A DNA stretch of 64,000 nucleotides from Eledone cirrhosa (lineage: Eukaryota), in the NCBI GenBank assembly GCA_964016885.1, contig OZ024765.1:6324001-6388000 (forward strand). The letters are read 5' to 3'. Position numbers and translations under genes: made by a program. Below are positions 59,304 to 64,000 of this stretch, in pieces. Position 1 is the first letter of the stretch; each line of letters begins with the position of its first letter. The notes below the pieces were generated by a model that saw only the letters and a program-made list of their open reading frames with translations, did no database searches and had not been told where the DNA came from.

Positions 59304-60905
59304 AACCTGTAACATATCCTGAACAAGCAATGCCTGTGCCTTTAACCTGTAACATATCCTGAACAAGCAATGCCTGTGCCTTTAACCTGTAACATATCCT
59401 GAACAAGCAATGCCTGTGCTTTGAACCTGTAACATATCCTGAACAAGCAATGCCTGTGCCTTTAACCTGTAACATATCCTGAACAAGCAATGCCTGTGCT
59501 TTGAACCTGTAACATATCCTGAACAAGCAATGCCTGTGCTTTGAACCTGTAACATATCCTGAACAAGTAATGCCTGTGCTTTGAACCTGTAACATATCCT
59601 GAACAAGCAATGCCTGTGCCTTTAACCTGTAACATATCCTGAACAAGTAATGCCTGTGCTTTGAACCTGTAACATATCCTGAACAAGCAATGCCTGTGCC
59701 TTTAACCTGTAACATAGCCTGAACAAGTAATGCCTGTGCTTTGAACCTGTAACATATCCTGAACAAGCAATGCCTGTGCCTTTAACCTGTAACATATCCT
59801 GAACAAGCAATGCCTGTGCCTTGAACCTGTAACACATCCTGAACAAGCAATGCCTGTGCTTTGAACCTGTAACATATCCTGAACAAGCAATGCCTGTGCT
59901 TTGAACCTATAACATATCCTGAACAAGCAATGCCTGTGCCTTTAACCTGTAACATATCCTGAACAAGCAATGCCTGTGCTTTGAACCTGTAACATATCCT
60001 GAACAAGCAATGCCTGTGCTTTGAACCTGTAACATATCCTGAACAAGCAATGCCTGTGCTTTGAACCTGTAACATATCCTGAACAAGTAATGCCTGTGCT
60101 TTGAACCTGTAACATATCCTGAACAAGCAATGCCTGTGCTTTGAACCTGTAACATATCCTGAACAAGTAATGCCTGTGCTTTGAACCTGTAACATATCCT
60201 GAACAAGCAATGCCTGTGCTTTGAACCTGTAACATATCCTGAACAAGTAATGCCTGTGCTTTGAACCTGTAACATATCCTGAACAAGCAATGCCTGTGCT
60301 TTGAACCTGTAACATATCCTGAACAAGCAATGCCTGTGCCTTTAACCTGTAACATATCCTGAACAAGCAATGCCTGTGCCTTTAACCTGTAACATATCCT
60401 GAACAAGCAATGCCTGTGCTTTGAACCTGTAACATATCCTGAACAAGCAATGCCTGTGCTTTGAACCTGTAACATATCCTGAACAAGCAATGCCTGTGCC
60501 TTTAACCTGTAACATATCCTGAACAAGCAATGCCTGTGCTTTGAACCTGTAACATATCCTGAACAAGCAATGCCTGTGCTTTGAACCTGTAACATATCCT
60601 GAACAAGCAATGCCTGTGCCTTTAACCTGTAACATATCCTGAACAAGCAATGCCTGTGCTTTGAACCTGTAACATATCCTGAACAAGCAATGCCTGTGCC
60701 TTTAACCTGTAACATATCCTGAACAAGCAATGCCTGTGCTTTGAACCTGTAACATATCCTGAACAAGCAATGCCTGTGCTTTGAACCTGTAACATATCCT
60801 GAACAAGCAATGCCTGTGCTTTGAACCTGTAACATATCCTGAACAAGCAATGCCTGTGCTTTGAACCTGTAACATATCCTGAACAAGCAATGCCTGTGCT
60901 TTGAA
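59304..60905 (+). repeat. 40-bp minisatellite, ~40 copies
   Basis: Unit aacctgtaacatatcctgaacaagcaatgcctgtgctttg. Confidence 0.97.
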
Positions 60906-61217
60906 GGTTTTTTTTCAGAGTTTCCTTCTCTTTAAAAGGTGTTGTGACAAATGAGGGCCTTTCACTCCCAAACTACTATTTGGATGGCCGTTGACTCTGC
61001 TGAGTTCCTCCATCCTTTGCCAAGGCTAGCTTGGTGGGGTTGCCGGTTTAGTCGCCGATGACCCGACTATGAGACAAGTTGTACTGGGTTAGATGTTACC
61101 AGTAGCACTCGAGAGCTACCTGACATATATATATATATATATACATACCTATATATATATATACATATATACATACACATAAATATATATACACATACAT
61201 ATATACACATAAATATG

Positions 61218-61250
<33 letters not shown>

Positions 61251-61418
61251 GTATCGGTAGAGGGTCGGACGCCATGCTTTCCAGCATAGTTACGTCCCTT
61301 TACGATCTGAGTTCAAATCCCGCCGAGGTTGACTTTGCCTTTCATCCTTACGGGGTCGATAAAATAAAGTACCAGTAATGCACTGGGTAATTGCTGGCCT
61401 TGTGCCTAAAGTAGAAAC

Positions 61419-61471
<53 letters not shown>

Positions 61472-61767
61472 AATTATATATGCACTCATTTATGTCCACA
61501 GACACATCCAAGCACCATTGTGCTGTCACTCAGACAGCTAAAAATAGCACCAAAACCTCCCTCAAATGACACCCTAGGCTGGTACAGAGTGGTGGCGAGG
61601 CTAGGTTTGGATAATGAAGTCCCTTAAGTTGCTTTAATAATAGGGTCTGCTCAACCAGGACCTACCTGGGGTTAAAGAACAACAACAACGCAAACATACG
61701 CACACACCCCACCTCCACCACTAATCATCATCATCATCATAATTACCACTACCACTATCATTATCGC

Positions 61768-62960
61768 CACAGTCTAATGACTGAAACCAGTAAAAGAATA
61801 CAAGAGTGTGGTGCCCCAGCATGGCCACAGTCTAATGACTGAAACCAGTAAAAGAATAGAAAAGTGTGGTGCCCCAGCATGGCCACAGTCTAATGTCTGA
61901 AACCAGTAAAAGAGTACAAGAGTGTGGTGCCCCAGCATGGCCACAGTCTAATGACTGAAACCAGTAAATGAATGGAAAAATGTGGTGCCCCAGCATGGCG
62001 ACAGTCTAATGTCTGAAACCAGTAAAAGAATGGAAAAGTGTGGTACCCCAGCATGGCCACAGTCTAATGTCTGAAACCAGTAAAAGAGTACAAGAGTGTG
62101 GTGCCCCAGCATGGCCACAGTCTAATGACTGAAACCAGTAAATGAATGGAAAAATGTGGTGCCCCAGCATGGCCACAGTCTAATGACTGAAACCAGTAAA
62201 TGAATGGAAAAGTGTGGTGCCCCAGCATGGCCACAGTCTAATGACTGAAACCAGTAAATGAATAGAAAAGTGTGGTGCCCCAGCATGGCCACAGTCTAAT
62301 GACTGAAACCAGTAAATGAATAGAAAAGTGTGGTGCCCCAGCATGGCCACAGTCTAATGACTGAAACCAGTAAAAGAGTACAAGAGTGTGGTGCCCCAGC
62401 ATGGCCACAGTCTAATGACTGAAACCAGTAAATGAATGGAAAAATGTGGTGCCCCAGCATGGCGACAGTCTAATGTCTGAAACCAGTAAAAGAATGGAAA
62501 AGTGTGGTACCCCAGCATGGCCACAGTCTAATGACTGAAACCAGTAAATGAATGGAAAAGTGTGGTGCCCCAGCATGGCCACAGTCTAATGACTGAAACA
62601 GTAAAAGAGTACAAGAATGTGGTGCCCCAGCATGGCCACAGTCTAATGACTGAAACCAGTAAAAGAATAGAAAAGTGTGGTGCCCCAGCATGGACACAGT
62701 CTAATGACTGAAACCAGTAAAAGAATTGAAAAGTGTGGTGCCCTAGCATGGCCACAGTCTAATGTCTGAAACCAGTAAAAGAATGGAAAAGTGTGGTACC
62801 CCAGCATGGCCACAGTCTAATGTCTGAAACCAGTAAAAGAATGGAAAAGTGTGGTACCCCAGCATGGCCACAGTCTAATGACTGAAACCAGTAAAACAAT
62901 ACAAGACTAAATCCCTTCAAGGCAGTGCCCCAGCATGGCCACATTCTAATAACTGAAACC
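61768..62960 (+). repeat. 58-bp minisatellite, ~20 copies
   Basis: Unit cacagtctaatgactgaaaccagtaaaagaatggaaaagtgtggtgccccagcatggc. A monomer-like relative lies at 38865-38945 (-). Confidence 0.95.
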
Positions 62961-64000
62961 ACGAAAAGACTATTAAACAGAAGGTATGTGAGAATCCATA
63001 TTCCTCCCTCTCTTTCACTCTTACTGCATCTCTCTCTCACACTCTCTTATCACTCATTAGTGAGAGAGAGAGTGAGAGAGTGAGTAATAGTGTGAGTGGA
63101 GTGGGTGGGTGTGAGTGTGAGTGAAGTAAGAGGAGGGGGGGGGGTTGAACAGGAAATGAAACAAAGTTGGAAATCAACCACCACCACCACCACAACTACT
63201 ACAACCATCACCACCACAACTACTACAACCACACCCACCACCACCACCACTACAGCCACCACCACTACTACAGCCACCACCTCTACCACAATTACAGCCG
63301 TCACCACTACCACCACCACCACTACAGCCACCACTACAGCCACCACTACAGCCACCACCTCTACCAACACCAACACCACAATTACAGCCGTCACCACTAC
63401 CACCACAACTACTACAACCATCACCACCACTACAGGCACCACCACCACAACTACAGCCACTACCAACACCACCACCACCACCACCACTACAGCCACCACC
63501 TCTACCAGCACCAACACCACAATTACAGCCGTCACCACTACCACCACCACCACAACTACTACAACCATCACCACCACTACAGGCACCACCACCACAACTA
63601 CAGCCACCACCAACACCACTACTGCCACCACCTCTACCAGCACCAACACCACAATTACAGTCGTCACCACTACCACCACCACCACCACCACAACTACTAC
63701 AACCATCACCACCACCACCACTACAGCCACCACCAACACCACCACCACCACCACTACTACCACTACCAACACCACAATCATTACCACCACTACCACCACC
63801 AACACCACCATTACTACCATTAACACCACCAACACTACCACCACTACTACCAACACTACCATCACTACCACCAACACCACCACCACCACCATCACCACTT
63901 CCAATACCATTACTACCAACACCACCACCACCACCATCATTACCACAACCAACACCACCACCACTACCACCACCATCACGATCACCACCACTACAACCAC

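Noticed and set aside
59281-62960. Regular 40-bp and 58-bp arrays as possible CRISPR
   Set aside because: Head-to-tail tandem units with no unique spacers, no cas genes and a eukaryotic context.

Overview
Eukaryotic, AT-rich, very repeat-dense DNA. The (TA)n/(CA)n/(GAT)n tracts and tRNA-derived SINE families resemble those of octopus/cephalopod genomes; this assignment is inferred. I reconstructed two complete spliced genes by eye, arranged head-to-head: DNAJC28 (- strand, 6 coding exons, about 397 aa) and SNF8/VPS22 of ESCRT-II (+ strand, 8 exons, 245 aa). There is also an unidentified ~294-aa ORF (- strand) with a CTCF-like motif upstream, and possibly the 3' end of another gene at the window start. 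The rest is SINEs, CR1-, RTE- and CRE-like LINE remnants, a mariner remnant, MITEs and many minisatellites amplified from internal segments of those elements. The most striking unexplained structure is a set of several distinct short elements inserted in (TA)n tracts. They form long near-perfect palindromes (arms 45-294 bp) and carry minimal type-I hammerhead ribozyme motifs on both strands, like the pLTRs of Penelope-like elements. They cluster densely in the 13-kb DNAJC28 intron. Most long ORFs in the supplied track are microsatellite artefacts.
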